This document shows positions 47,855 through 58,643 of a DNA stretch of 64,000 bases, piece after piece. Below the pieces are notes generated by a model that was not told where the DNA came from, made no database searches, and saw nothing but the letters and a program-made list of their open reading frames with translations. The DNA comes from Nitrospirota bacterium. Its GTDB lineage: Bacteria; Nitrospirota; UBA9217. The DNA is taken from contig CAVUCU010000001.1 of assembly GCA_963740085.1 (NCBI GenBank), positions 992,001 to 1,056,000 on the forward strand. Direction: 5' to 3'. Both the position numbers and the translations under genes were made by a program. Numbering within the stretch: position 1 is the stretch's first letter; every line of letters begins with the position of its first letter.

Positions 47855-48562
47855 ATGACTGAAGACAAAGAACTTATATTGCTGATCGAGGATGAACCTC
47901 AGATGCGGCGTTTTCTCCGGATAACGCTCCAGAGCCATGGGTATCGTCTGATCGAGGCGGCCACCGCTCACGAAGGCATGATGCAGGCGACCGCACGAAA
48001 TCCCGATGTGGTGCTCCTCGATCTTGGCCTGCCCGATCTCGACGGTCTGGAAGTAACGAAGCGATTGCGCGAATGGACCGAAACACCGATCATCGTCATA
48101 TCCGCGCGGGAACAGGAGCAAGACAAGGTCAAGGCACTGGATGCGGGCGCTGACGATTATCTCACGAAACCGTTCAATGCCGGTGAATTGCTTGCGAGGA
48201 TCCGCGTCGCATTACGACATGCGGCAAGACAGATCACTGATCAGAACGAACCGATCTTTACCCTTCGGAACCTGCGGGTAGATCTGGCGCTTCGGCAGGT
48301 ATTCCTTGACGATAAGGAAGTGCACCTTACGCCCATTGAGTACAAACTGCTGATGGTGCTGGTCCGGCACGCAGGCAAGGTCATTACCCACACTCAGCTT
48401 CTGAAAGAAGTCTGGGGACCAGCACACGTGGAAGAGGTGCAGTACCTGCGAGTATATATGACGCAACTCAGGCATAAACTCGAAGCGGACCCCACGCGGC
48501 CGCGGTTTCTTATGAACGAGCCGGGAATCGGGTATCGCTTGAAATACGACGCCGAAGAATGA
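47855..48562 (+). CDS. kdpE: Response regulator KdpE
   Basis: IEDE, LDLGLPD, DDYLTKPF, winged helix LRVYMTQLRHKLE. Confidence 0.93.
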   Translation: MTEDKELILLIEDEPQMRRFLRITLQSHGYRLIEAATAHEGMMQATARNPDVVLLDLGLPDLDGLEVTKRLREWTETPIIVISAREQEQDKVKALDAGADDYLTKPFNAGELLARIRVALRHAARQITDQNEPIFTLRNLRVDLALRQVFLDDKEVHLTPIEYKLLMVLVRHAGKVITHTQLLKEVWGPAHVEEVQYLRVYMTQLRHKLEADPTRPRFLMNEPGIGYRLKYDAEE

Positions 48563-48796
48563 GGCGAAATCTGCCCGCAAATTGTCTATTTTGCAGCCAC
48601 CTGATGAAATAAGCGTCATGAGTGTTATGATTACATCCGCACCAGAAAAGAACTAACTTTAGAATCAATCGGTTATCAAAAGCTCCGAATCGCCTCCAAA
48701 GGGCATATACTTTGCTTGTACAGAAGGTTTGACGTATCATGCTGTTTGCGTTCCCTATTGATTTAATACGCGATGGACTGAGGAGAGAGTTACTGC

Positions 48797-50792
48797 ATGG
48801 ATCGGAAGCCAACGATAGTTCAACGATTGAAGACCCTCATCATCGGCGGCAAGCATAACATCGAGGACTCATCGATCTTCCACAAGCTTTCGCTCATCGC
48901 TTTCTTCGCCTGGGTGGGCCTGGGCGCCGACGGACTTTCCTCGTCCTGTTACGGACCGGAGGAGGCTTTCATTGCATTCCATGGCCACGTGTACCTGAGC
49001 GTCTTCGTTGCGCTCATGTCTGGGCTTACGGTGTTCATTATCGCTGCGAGCTACTCGCAGATCATCGAGCTCTTCCCGTCTGGCGGTGGAGGTTATCTCG
49101 TCGCGAGCAAACTGCTGTCGCCAACGGCCGGGATGGTCTCGGGCTCGGCGCTCCTGATCGACTATGTGCTGACGATCACTATTTCCGTGGCGAGCGGGGC
49201 CGATGCCCTTTTCAGCTTTCTGCCAGCGGCCTGGATCCCATACAAGATTATATTCGCCTTCCTCGGCGTGCTGCTCCTGACCGTTATGAACATGCGCGGA
49301 GTCAAAGAATCGGTCCTTCCCCTGGTGCCCATCTTCCTTACCTTCGTAGTAACTCACGCGTTCATCATCGGCTACGCGGTGATCATGAATCTGGGAAACC
49401 TGGGTGCTGTCGCGGCTTCGACCAGGTCGGACATCATACAAACACAGGCGGAACTGGGATTCGGCGGCATGCTCCTCCTCGTTCTGCGCGCCTACAGCAT
49501 GGGCGCCGGCACGTATACGGGGATCGAAGCGGTCAGCAACGGTCTGCCCATCCTTCGCGAGCCGAAGGTGAAGACGGGCAAGCGTACCATGCGCTACATG
49601 GCGGCCTCCCTCGCCTTCACGGTCATGGGTCTCATGATCGCCTATCTTCTGTATCGTGTCGTACCGCAGTCCGGCAAAACACTGAATGCGGTGCTGTTCG
49701 AAACCATGACAAAGGACTGGGGAAAGGGCGGGGTCGCCTTCGTGCTGATAACGCTCCTGTCCGAGGCTGCGCTCCTGCTCATCGCTGCCCAGGCCGGCTT
49801 CCTCGACGGGCCGAGGGTGCTTTCGAACATGGCCCTGGACCGCTGGTTCCCGACCAAGTTCGCCATGTTGAGCGACCGGCTTGTCACGCAGAAGGGCATC
49901 CTGATGATGGGCGGAGCCGCGCTGATCACCATGGTCCTGACCAATGGCTCAGTGAAATATCTCGTGGTCCTCTACAGTATCAATGTGTTCATCACTTTCT
50001 TCCTTTCCCAGTACGGCATGGTGCGTCACTGGTGGCAGGTCCGCGGCAAGGAGGACCATTGGGAAAAGAAGCTCTTCATCAACGGCCTGGGTATGACGTT
50101 GACGTTTGGCATCCTCATAACGGTGACCATACTCAAGTTTCACGACGGGGGATGGATCACGCTGATCCTCACCGGCTCATTGGTCACGATCGCACTGCTC
50201 ACGAAACGGCATTACCGGAACACCCACAAACTGCTGAACCGGCTCGACGAGCTGGTTACCGTGGCGGAGTCATCATGTCCCGCATTTCCCGGTGAACAGG
50301 GAACTGACAGGGAACTTGAGGTGAAATACGATCCCCAGGACAAGACCGCGGTCCTGCTCGTGAACGGGTTCAATGGCCTCGGCCTGCACACGCTGTTCAG
50401 CGTCATCCGTCTCTTTGGCAGCACCTTCAGGAACTTCATATTTATTCAGGTCGGCACCGTAGATGCGGGTAATTTCAAGGGCTCCCAAGAGGTATCGTCC
50501 ATGAAAACTGAGGTACGGAAGAATTTGGACCGCTATGTCCATTATATGCGATGCCACGGTTATTATGCGGCCTCGTACGCATCATTCGGCACCGACGTGG
50601 TGGACGAGGTCGACCGCATCATGCCGGAAATCCTGGTGCGATTCCCGAACGCGGTTCTATTCGGAGGGCAGCTGGTATTTCCCGAGGACAGCGTTGCTCT
50701 CCAACGTGTTCCATAATTATACGATCTTTGCCGTACAACGCAGATTTTACAACCAGGGCATTCCTGTAGTGATCCTCCCCATCCGTGTCTAG
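48797..50792 (+). CDS. APC-family permease (KimA/YdaO-like putative K+ transporter), +1 frameshift near 50691
   Basis: ADGLSSSCYGPEE, PSGGGGY, DYVLT, TGIEAVSNG. C-terminus LLSNVFHNYT..ILPIRV in shifted frame. Confidence 0.8.
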
Positions 50793-50942
50793 CGAACAGC
50801 AGCAGAGACAGATAAGGCGGCGCGAACTTCTCGCTGATTGCTCTTTCGCGCCTTTTTCTCATTGACCCTCCCCTGTTGGTTAGGTTACAATTTGAGCATG
50901 CGGTTTCATATCAGACTTTATCACCGACTTGAAGAAGAAAGA

Positions 50943-51646
50943 ATGCGGATAAAACCGTTCCTTTTTTGGATACTTGTTTTCCTCCTATCCACGGGCTATC
51001 ATGCGAAGGTTCTTGCGGAAATCAAATGATGGCCTCATCATCGAGCACGGCCGCAGGGACTCCCGTGAGATCGCCATTACCTTCGATGCCTGCCCCACGA
51101 CCCTGCCGGATGAGTATGACGAAAAGGTCATCGAGGTCCTGCTCCGCGAAAAAACACCGGCCACGCTTTTTCTGAGCGGTCGATGGGTGGAGAAAAACCT
51201 GGAAACGGTAAAGTTCCTCGCTGCCCAGCCCCAATTCGAGATCGCGAACCATACCTTCTGGCATCCCCATCTGCTCGAAAAGGATGATGAACGGATTTTG
51301 AGTGAACTGAAGCGGACTCAGGCGATCATCAAAAAAACAACCGGGCGGACACCGCGCTATTTTCGCCCTCCCTACGGTGAGGTTGACGAGCGGGTGGCCG
51401 CTATCGCGCGGAAAGCCGGACTGGTGACCATACAGTATGATATTGCTTCCGGTGATCCGGATCCCGGACTTTCCGCCCGGGAGGATCGTGCGCGGAATAG
51501 TGCGGGACGCTAAAGGCGGGAGCATTATCGTGTTCCATATGAACAGGAAAGGCGTTCACACCGCGGAGATCCTGCCGGAAATCATCGACGGTTTGCGGGA
51601 AAAGGGGTTTACCCTGGTGACCGTGGGGGAACTGCTAAAGAAGTGA
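50943..51646 (+). CDS. Polysaccharide deacetylase (NodB family) with two +1 frameshifts (~51020, ~51480)
   Basis: Signal peptide, ITFDA, ATLF, NHTFWH, FRPPYG, GSIIVFH. Alternative in-frame ATG at 50898. Confidence 0.8.
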
Positions 51647-51717
51647 TCCGGAATCGAATTTAGCTCCAGATACATAAAATGCCTCCGCCCCGACAATTCA
51701 GAGCTGGTACCGGGGAA

Positions 51718-51849
51718 CCGCGATGGCCTATGAAAGAAAAGCGGCCACTTAGGAAATCCGCAATGGTCGCGAAGGAAGTCTGACTGCTTGTTTGGCTTTT
51801 AAACCAGGAAGTTATGTTCCCTTCTTTGCGCCCTTTGCGTCTTGGCGGT
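51718..51849. repeat. Second copy of head motif plus 9-bp-unit palindrome
   Basis: CCGCGATGGCCTATGAAAGAAAAGCGGCCACTTAGGAAATCCGCA ... CTTTGCGCCCTTTGCGTCTTGGCGGT. Confidence 0.7.
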
Positions 51850-51941
51850 AAACGTTATTGTTTCTTGGTTGCTTATAGATAGTTTTGATCCCTTTCCAAA
51901 AAGCCCTCGCATTTCCTTTTCTTTCGGTTATAATATCCCCC

Positions 51942-52946
51942 ATGCAGATCCGAGAGATGCTCAAGATCAACCCACTTGTGCTCGCGCCCATGGCCGGCAT
52001 TTCCGACTTTCCCTTCCGCAGGATCTGCAAGGAGCTCGGCGCGGGGCTCGTATTCTCAGAGATGGTGAGCGTCGAGGCGTTGATCCGGGAGCACAAGCGT
52101 ACCCACGGCATGCTTCGCACGGACCCGGCCGAGCGCCCCGTCGTATTCCAGATCTTCGGGTCAAAACCCGCGTCCATGGCAGAGGCGGCGCACATCGTAT
52201 CGCAGGGTGAAGTGGACTTTATCGATATCAACATGGGTTGCCCGGTGCCGAAGATCCTGAAGTCTGGCGCCGGCGCAGCGCTCCTGCGCGATCTCGGACT
52301 TGCCAAGGAGATCATGGCGGCTGTCGTGGGGGCGTCAAAAGTTCCGGTCCTGGTCAAGATGCGGCTCGGATGGGATGCAAAGAGCATCGTGGCCGTGGAC
52401 GTGGCGCAGGCTGCCGAAACTGCGGGCATCGCCGCCGTAACCGTGCACGCGAGGACCAAAGTACAGGGCTTTTCGGGCCATGCGGACTGGGGAATGATCA
52501 AGGTCGTAAAGAAGTCCGTCGGCATACCGGTGATCGGGAACGGTGATGTGCGCTCCGGGCAGGACGCAAAGAGGATGATGGACGAAACAGGATGCAATGG
52601 CGTCATGATCGCACGGGCGATCCAGGGATATCCATGGATCTTCCGCGAAACACGGCAGTATCTCGAGACCGGCCTCGCGTCTGCCCACCCTTCCCAGGAA
52701 GAACGTCAAGCAATCATGCTCCGCCATCTGAATGATATGGTAAAACTGCTCGGCGAAAATGTAGGCGTGCGCGAGATGCGCAAGCATCTCTGCTGGTACA
52801 CGAAAGGCCTGCATGGCGCAGCGGAGTTCAGAACGACGATCAACCATCTGGCGACAGCCCGGGAGGTGCGGCAGGAGATCGAGGAATACTTCGAAAGCCT
52901 GCGGGGGGGATGTGTCGCGACACTTCGCCAGGCATCTTGTTCGTAA
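51942..52946 (+). CDS. dusB: tRNA-dihydrouridine synthase B
   Basis: LAPMAG, SEMVS, QIFG, DINMGCP, VHART, GNGD, MRKH. Confidence 0.92.
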   Translation: MQIREMLKINPLVLAPMAGISDFPFRRICKELGAGLVFSEMVSVEALIREHKRTHGMLRTDPAERPVVFQIFGSKPASMAEAAHIVSQGEVDFIDINMGCPVPKILKSGAGAALLRDLGLAKEIMAAVVGASKVPVLVKMRLGWDAKSIVAVDVAQAAETAGIAAVTVHARTKVQGFSGHADWGMIKVVKKSVGIPVIGNGDVRSGQDAKRMMDETGCNGVMIARAIQGYPWIFRETRQYLETGLASAHPSQEERQAIMLRHLNDMVKLLGENVGVREMRKHLCWYTKGLHGAAEFRTTINHLATAREVRQEIEEYFESLRGGCVATLRQASCS

Positions 52947-52987
52947 AAACAGCTTCGTTACGTCAAAGACGATCGAGGGGTGCACAC

Positions 52988-53374
52988 GTGTCAGTAAAGG
53001 ACTCGCAACCAGAGAACGATCAACAGGAGCGGATCATCGCAGAGGCGCGGCATAGTCGCGAACTCCGGGAAAAGACCTACCGGGACCAGGCGCTCAAGCT
53101 GTACCCTTCGATCTGCGCCCGTTGCGGACGAGAATTCGCGGGGAAAAAACTTCGCGAGCTCACGGTCCATCACAAGGACCATATCCACGACAACAATCCG
53201 CCAGACGGCAGCAACTGGGAGCTGCTCTGTCTTTACTGCCACGACATTGAGCATCAGGAGTATCTGGATGAAGAATCGTTCGGCAGGGCGAAACCGGCCG
53301 GAGATAAAGATATCACCACGACGTACAAACCCTTCGCTGCGCTCGAAGCGTTGCTGAAGGGCAAAAAGAAGTAA
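52988..53374 (+). CDS. yajD: YajD family HNH nuclease
   Basis: YRDQALKLYP.ICARC, LTVHHKDH.HDNNPPDGSNWELLCLYCHD, PFA.L. Confidence 0.88.
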   Translation: MSVKDSQPENDQQERIIAEARHSRELREKTYRDQALKLYPSICARCGREFAGKKLRELTVHHKDHIHDNNPPDGSNWELLCLYCHDIEHQEYLDEESFGRAKPAGDKDITTTYKPFAALEALLKGKKK

Positions 53375-53695
53375 AACCCGGGATCTTTCACCTGCCCGAT
53401 TTGGATTCAGGGGGTAAGGCGAAGTGGTCCCGGCACTTCCGGAGCCTTTTTAAAAAACCTTTTTCCGGGATTCATCATTTTTTTCGATGCGAGGCCTTAC
53501 ACACCGCATCGGCCTGCAAGACCCTTCAACTCCTCGGGCGTAAGTAAGTCATCCCGGGGCCCGAGAATAGATCTCCTCGAACTACTTCTTCCCGTCATCC
53601 TGCGCAATGGCGGCCGCCGGAGACGACCGTTATGCCGGAGAGCGTCGAGAGTGACGCGGCCAGCGTGATCTCTCCGCAGGATCGATGCATCTATT

Positions 53696-54517
53696 TCAAG
53701 ACAATTCGCTTTTGCCCTGACCGTGCGTATGCATTATTTTTTCAAGCATGCGGACAAGTCCTGTTGCCAGCGTAAAGAGCGATTCAACGGGAAGGTTCTT
53801 TTCAGCCGAAGCATCGAAGAACAGGTGAAGTCTGGATTCAAGATCGTCTTCGGGCTTCCAGTAGCAGACAAGGATCGGTACTTTGGGAAGAGGATATAAA
53901 ACCACGGAGATATCCGAGGAAAAATCATTGAAAGACGACACGCCGCTGAACATGCTTATCAGATCTTCGAAAAGCTCTCCATGGAAATCTGCGATCTGTT
54001 TCATCGGCTGTTCGCACCGTCGTTCAAAAAGGGGAGCCCACCTTCCTCCCAGGCGCAATTCCCTGAACGGCACCCATATTCCGGATGGTGTTTCCCCCTC
54101 GCTGAAGAGAACATAGCTGAGGAGCGGAATAGAGAACCAGGCGTGCGTATGGCACTGCGACATCACCGTACCCCGCGCATCAATTTCAAAGTCCTTGCCG
54201 AGACACTTCACGACCAGCGTTTCACCATTGTACCGGACACCCAACAGCTCCGCCCGCGAAGAAAGATCGATCGCCGAGATCTTCTTTTGAAGGTCTTTCA
54301 GCGATTCTTCCTGAATGCTCTCGATATTGACCTGCCGCTCCACTGTCCCGCCAAAGCGGGCAACAACGGTCCTGTCCAGGTGAGGACAATCAGCGAGTCG
54401 TTGCTCCTGTTTTACGACCGCGACGGCAAACGCCATGCAGGTCCGGAGCCGGCATTCGCCGCAATTAGATTGAGGCAACAGCTTATATACTTGCAGAGGC
54501 GTTTTGATTGTGGACAT
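53696..54517 (-). CDS. Fe-S cluster domain (LP..NCG.C...C.AFA..CP) plus DUF3786 protein
   Basis: LLPQSNCGECRLRTCMAFA..CP, WVPFREL, PLPKVP, LFFD. Confidence 0.8.
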   Translation of the reverse strand: MSTIKTPLQVYKLLPQSNCGECRLRTCMAFAVAVVKQEQRLADCPHLDRTVVARFGGTVERQVNIESIQEESLKDLQKKISAIDLSSRAELLGVRYNGETLVVKCLGKDFEIDARGTVMSQCHTHAWFSIPLLSYVLFSEGETPSGIWVPFRELRLGGRWAPLFERRCEQPMKQIADFHGELFEDLISMFSGVSSFNDFSSDISVVLYPLPKVPILVCYWKPEDDLESRLHLFFDASAEKNLPVESLFTLATGLVRMLEKIMHTHGQGKSELS

Positions 54518-54637
54518 TGAACAACGCACCTTCGGGTTCAGATCTTATGGTGAAAAAAGAGTGCAAAGAGAACATGGTCAGGTACGGCACCGCAACAGAA
54601 CAGTATGCCGAAAAAAAGATATGGATGTTTCCAGGCG

Positions 54638-56533
54638 TTACCCCCTCAGCGCCTCCAGCTCATCCCACCGCTTGTACACCCGGGCAAGTTCCTGCTCCAG
54701 CGCTTCCAGCCGCGCCTTGCCGGCCGAAACCTTGTCGCCGCTGGTGCGATAAAAGGCAGGGTCAGCCATGGCCGCGATGATCTGCTGATGCTCGGCATCG
54801 AGCGCTTCGATACGTTGCGGCAATGTCTCAAGCTCTTTTTGTTCTTTAAAGCTCAGTTTTCGCGGCTTCTCTTTTTGAGAAACAGGCACGATCCTTTTTT
54901 CGTCCGTCCTGGCCGGCATCGCGGGCACTTCACTTTTCCTCTGCCGTTGACGAAGCCAGTCGTCATATCCGCCGACGTATTCATTCACCCTGCCGTCGCC
55001 TTCGAACACAAGCGTGCTGGTGACGACATCGTTGATGAACGCGCGGTCATGGCTTACGAGCAGTACGGTGCCGGGATAGTCCATTAAAAGCTCTTCAAGG
55101 AGGTCGAGGGTCTCGATATCCAGATCGTTCGTGGGCTCATCGAGCACCAGGACATTCGAGGGCCGGGTAAAGAGCTTCGCAAGCAACAGCCGGTTCCGTT
55201 CGCCGCCGGACAGGACCTTCACGGGGCTGCGTGCACGGGCGGGCGGGAACAAAAAATCCTGCAGGTAACCGATGACATGCCGCCGGATACCGTTGATGGT
55301 CACGTGGTCGCTGCCATTCGCAACATTGTCCTGCACGGTCTTTGCATCATCGAGTTGTTCGCGGTGCTGGTCGAGGTATGCCACTTCAATATTCGTACCG
55401 TGTTTTACCCTGCCCGACCGGGGCTTCAGATCCCCCAGCAGTATCTTGAGCAGCGTGGTTTTTCCTGAGCCGTTCGGCCCGATGATTCCGATCTTGTCTC
55501 CCCGGATGATGGTCGTGGACAGATCACGGATGACTACCGTGTCGTTGTAGCTGTGGGTGACCCCGGCTGCCTCGATCACCAGCTTGCCCGTGCGCTCCGC
55601 CTCCTGCATCTGCATGCGCGCCGCGCCGATCACCTCACGCCGCTCGCTCCTGGTCCGGCGCAGCTCCTTGAGAGCACGCACGCGGCCTTCATTGCGCGTC
55701 CTGCGCGCCTTTACGCCCTGGCGGATCCAGACCTCTTCCGCGGCCAGCTTTTTGTCGAACTTCGCATTCTCCACAGCCTCTCCGTCCAGCGCCGCCTGTT
55801 TCAGCTCAAGATAGGCCTGGTAATTGCCGGGCCAGCTGGTAAGCCTGCCGCGGTCAAGATCGACTATTCTTGTTGCGAGCTTCTGGAGCAGCATGCGGTC
55901 GTGGGTCACGAAGAGCAAGGCCCCTCCGAAGGAGAGCAAGAACTCTTCGAGCCAGGCAATGGCATCGATATCCAGGTGGTTCGTGGGCTCGTCGAGGAGC
56001 AGAAGGTCCGGCGCGCCCGCCAGCGCCTTTGCAAGCAGGACGCGCCGCTTGAGACCGCCCGAGAGTTCCGAGAACTCGGCATCCTCGGGAAGCTTAAGCC
56101 GCGTGAGGATGGTTTCGACACGCTGCTGCATTTGCCACCCACCGGCCGATTCGAACCTATGCTGCACATCCTCGAGCTCCGCCATCAATTTTTCGCTGTG
56201 ATCGTGTGCCAGTTTGGCGCTCACGTGATGATATGCGGCAAGCAACTTCCCCTGCTCTCCAAAGGCGCTCGATACCACATCGAACACGCTGCCAAAAAGG
56301 GACTGGGGCACCTCCTGCGTCAGGAGCGTGATCTTCACTCCCTGCTGGAACACGACCTTGCCGCCGTCAGGCGCCAAGTCCCCGGCAATGAGCTTCAAGA
56401 TCGTGGATTTGCCCGTGCCGTTCCGTCCGACCAGGCAGACCCGCTCTCCGCGGTCGATCGAGAGATCGGCTCCATCGATCAGCAGCGGCCCGCCGAAACT
56501 GACCTTGATGTCCTGTAAACTTACCAATGCCAT
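54638..56533 (-). CDS. uup: ABC-F ATPase Uup
   Basis: Two ABC cassettes (GRNGTGKS, LSGG, DEPTN), WIRQGVKARRTRNEGRVRAL linker, KLSFKE coiled-coil tail. Confidence 0.93.
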   Translation of the reverse strand: MALVSLQDIKVSFGGPLLIDGADLSIDRGERVCLVGRNGTGKSTILKLIAGDLAPDGGKVVFQQGVKITLLTQEVPQSLFGSVFDVVSSAFGEQGKLLAAYHHVSAKLAHDHSEKLMAELEDVQHRFESAGGWQMQQRVETILTRLKLPEDAEFSELSGGLKRRVLLAKALAGAPDLLLLDEPTNHLDIDAIAWLEEFLLSFGGALLFVTHDRMLLQKLATRIVDLDRGRLTSWPGNYQAYLELKQAALDGEAVENAKFDKKLAAEEVWIRQGVKARRTRNEGRVRALKELRRTRSERREVIGAARMQMQEAERTGKLVIEAAGVTHSYNDTVVIRDLSTTIIRGDKIGIIGPNGSGKTTLLKILLGDLKPRSGRVKHGTNIEVAYLDQHREQLDDAKTVQDNVANGSDHVTINGIRRHVIGYLQDFLFPPARARSPVKVLSGGERNRLLLAKLFTRPSNVLVLDEPTNDLDIETLDLLEELLMDYPGTVLLVSHDRAFINDVVTSTLVFEGDGRVNEYVGGYDDWLRQRQRKSEVPAMPARTDEKRIVPVSQKEKPRKLSFKEQKELETLPQRIEALDAEHQQIIAAMADPAFYRTSGDKVSAGKARLEALEQELARVYKRWDELEALRG

Positions 56534-56753
56534 GCAATACCCCGTTCTTTATCGCCGTGTTGCGCCCGCACAATGTACTCCCGGGCGTGTTGAATTGCAA
56601 CCGAAAATAGGACCCTCTTTGACACGTCCAGCCGCGGGAAAGAATGCGAATGAGGTGATAAGGAGTTTGCTAAAGACACCCGTTGTGATAATATAATCGA
56701 GGCGCTTGACGCGCCGTGTTTCGCCAGGTCAGTCAACGGAAGGTGAGTTTGTC

Positions 56754-56953
56754 ATGAAGGAGCAGCAGATCATAGACGGTCACAAGCAATATGCCTGTGC
56801 AAGGGCGTAAAAAAAAGTGTTTTCCTCAGGCATATCAAAGCCGGCTTAACGACCATAGAAGAATTAAAAAAGGCCACTGGGGCCAGTTCCGGTTCCTGCA
56901 AAGGAAAGCGATGTGCGCCGCGCATTGTCGAAATAATCAAATCCAGTGAATAG
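56754..56953 (+). pseudogene. BFD-like [2Fe-2S] protein with a -1 frameshift near 56787
   Basis: MKEQQIIDG joins ICLCKGV..ELKKATGASSGSCKGKRCAPRI in another frame. 200 bp. Missing from ORF track. Confidence 0.75.
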
Positions 56954-56976
56954 TACCGAGTACAAAGAATAACGCA

Positions 56977-57663
56977 TCAATCCCGCGAAGCCTGTTTTCG
57001 TCCCACATACACCACATGCCGCAACCCGCCCCTTCCCGGCCGCTGTCGATCAACGGTAAATCCAGCGGCAGCCAGACGCATCTCGAACCCTGCATCAGGA
57101 TTCTCTCCCCAGACGGCGAAAACACCGCCTGCGTAAAGTGCGGCGGCTGTCGTCTTGAGCGCACGGCTCCCGTAGAACGGATCGAGCAGGGCGTCGCTGG
57201 ATGCGCCAGGGCCTTCGTAAAGGTCTATGATGATGGCGTCGAATTTTTCTGCGCCGGGCTGAGCAGCCAGCGCGATCATTGCCGCGACATCGTCGATCAC
57301 AATGGTAACCCGCGGATCATCTACAGCACTCTTTGTTATCCCGGCAAGAGGACCTCGGCACCAGGTGACCATAGTCGAATTAAGGTCCGCTACCACGACC
57401 TGCGCAGCAACAGGCAACGCATCGATAGCTGCCCGCAGGGTGAGCCCCATGCCCAGGCCGCCGATCAGTACCCGCGGGGCACTGAGTCCTGCAACCAATT
57501 TGCAAGCACGCTCTCCGAGCACGATCTCAGAACGGTTTGAGCTGCTGTTCATCAGCACACGGTTATTGATGAGGATCAGAAAATCCCGTTCGCCCCGCTT
57601 ACGCAGTTCGAGGACCCCTTCTGGGGTATCAACCTTGTCCAATGTCTGCCACGGCTTGGCCAT
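56977..57663 (-). CDS. Spermidine synthase-like SAM-dependent methyltransferase
   Basis: LMNS..SE, VLIGGLGMGLTL, FDAIIIDLYEGP, GGVFAVW. Confidence 0.82.
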   Translation of the reverse strand: MAKPWQTLDKVDTPEGVLELRKRGERDFLILINNRVLMNSSSNRSEIVLGERACKLVAGLSAPRVLIGGLGMGLTLRAAIDALPVAAQVVVADLNSTMVTWCRGPLAGITKSAVDDPRVTIVIDDVAAMIALAAQPGAEKFDAIIIDLYEGPGASSDALLDPFYGSRALKTTAAALYAGGVFAVWGENPDAGFEMRLAAAGFTVDRQRPGRGGLRHVVYVGRKQASRD

Positions 57664-57679
57664 GATGTGCCTCTCGGTG

Positions 57680-57909
57680 AATGCCAAATGTCAAAGCTCA
57701 AAGTTCAAATCAAACTGCAAAATGCAATGTACTATTTAATATTCTGTCACTAATGATTAATACTCCCCCTCCCTGCGACGGGCGAGGATCAACGGAAGGG
57801 TGATGCGTCCGACATTCCTACACTTCACCCTCACCTAACCTCTCCCGTCAAGGGAGAGGAATAATGAAAAAAACCCTCGCCCCTCCGGGGAGAGGGCCAG
57901 GGTGAGGGG
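57680..57909. repeat. Composite repeat region: heptamer arm plus CCCTCACC-type palindromes
   Basis: AATGCCAAATGTCAAAGCTCAAAGTTCAAA. CCCTCACCTAACCTCTCCC-GTCAA-GGGAGAGG ... GGGAGAGGGCCAGGGTGAGGGG. Confidence 0.7.
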
Positions 57910-57934
57910 TCATTCTGCATTCAGTGCTCCCTCG

Positions 57935-58357
57935 CTACTCCGAAGAATAAACCGTTTTCCGCATCTGCTTGGTCCTGCCCCGCTGCTTCTTGCTCTCGAT
58001 CCGCCGCTCTTTCGCTGCCAATGTCGGCCTCGTCTTCTTCCTCGGCTTCGGCTTCTCGCTCGCCTTTCGAATGAGCTCCACCAGCCGCGCGACCGCGTCC
58101 TCGCGGTTACGCTCCTGCGTGCGGTGCTGCCGCGCTTCGATGAGCAGGATGCCGTCCTGAGTGATGCGCCTGCCTGCCAGGCGGATGAGCCGCGTGCGCA
58201 CATCGCCGGGAAGGGACGGTGAGTTCCCCACATCGAACCGGAGCTGCACGGCCGTGGACACCTTGTTCACGTTCTGGCCGCCCGGGCCCGAGGCGCGGAC
58301 AAAGTGAAGCAGGATCTCGTTCTCTTCGAGAGCTATGGTTCGGGTAACGGGAATCAT
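57935..58357 (-). CDS. arfB: Alternative ribosome rescue peptidyl-tRNA hydrolase ArfB
   Basis: RASGPGGQNVNKVSTAVQLRF, RTQERNREDA, basic tail. Confidence 0.95.
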   Translation of the reverse strand: MIPVTRTIALEENEILLHFVRASGPGGQNVNKVSTAVQLRFDVGNSPSLPGDVRTRLIRLAGRRITQDGILLIEARQHRTQERNREDAVARLVELIRKASEKPKPRKKTRPTLAAKERRIESKKQRGRTKQMRKTVYSSE

Positions 58358-58643
58358 GATAGTACTTTACACCTTAATCGCTCCTGGCTCAAGCATAACC
58401 GTGTTGATGACGCTCCGCTGCCAGGGGAGTCCCTGCTTCATTCAAGGACGCAGCGTAACTGCCGGTTGACACTCGCCGCTGGGTATGCTTGATGATCGGA
58501 GATGAGCAATCCGTTCGCTTGACAGAAGCGCGTCCTCATGGTACGTTGAGCCGTCGGTATAATTCCCGTGGAGGCTTCCGGGAAACGGTTGTTCGAAACA
58601 ACGTTCCTGCTCTCTATGCTGTCATCTTCATGGCCCTCACACG

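Noticed and set aside
48563-48796. c-di-AMP (ydaO) riboswitch before the KimA-like permease
   Set aside because: Lacks the GCTGAATCC, GGGGACC and TCAGCTAAC hallmarks
53375-53695. Gene or structured RNA between yajD and the DUF3786 gene
   Set aside because: Only short ORFs and isolated small hairpins; nothing supportable
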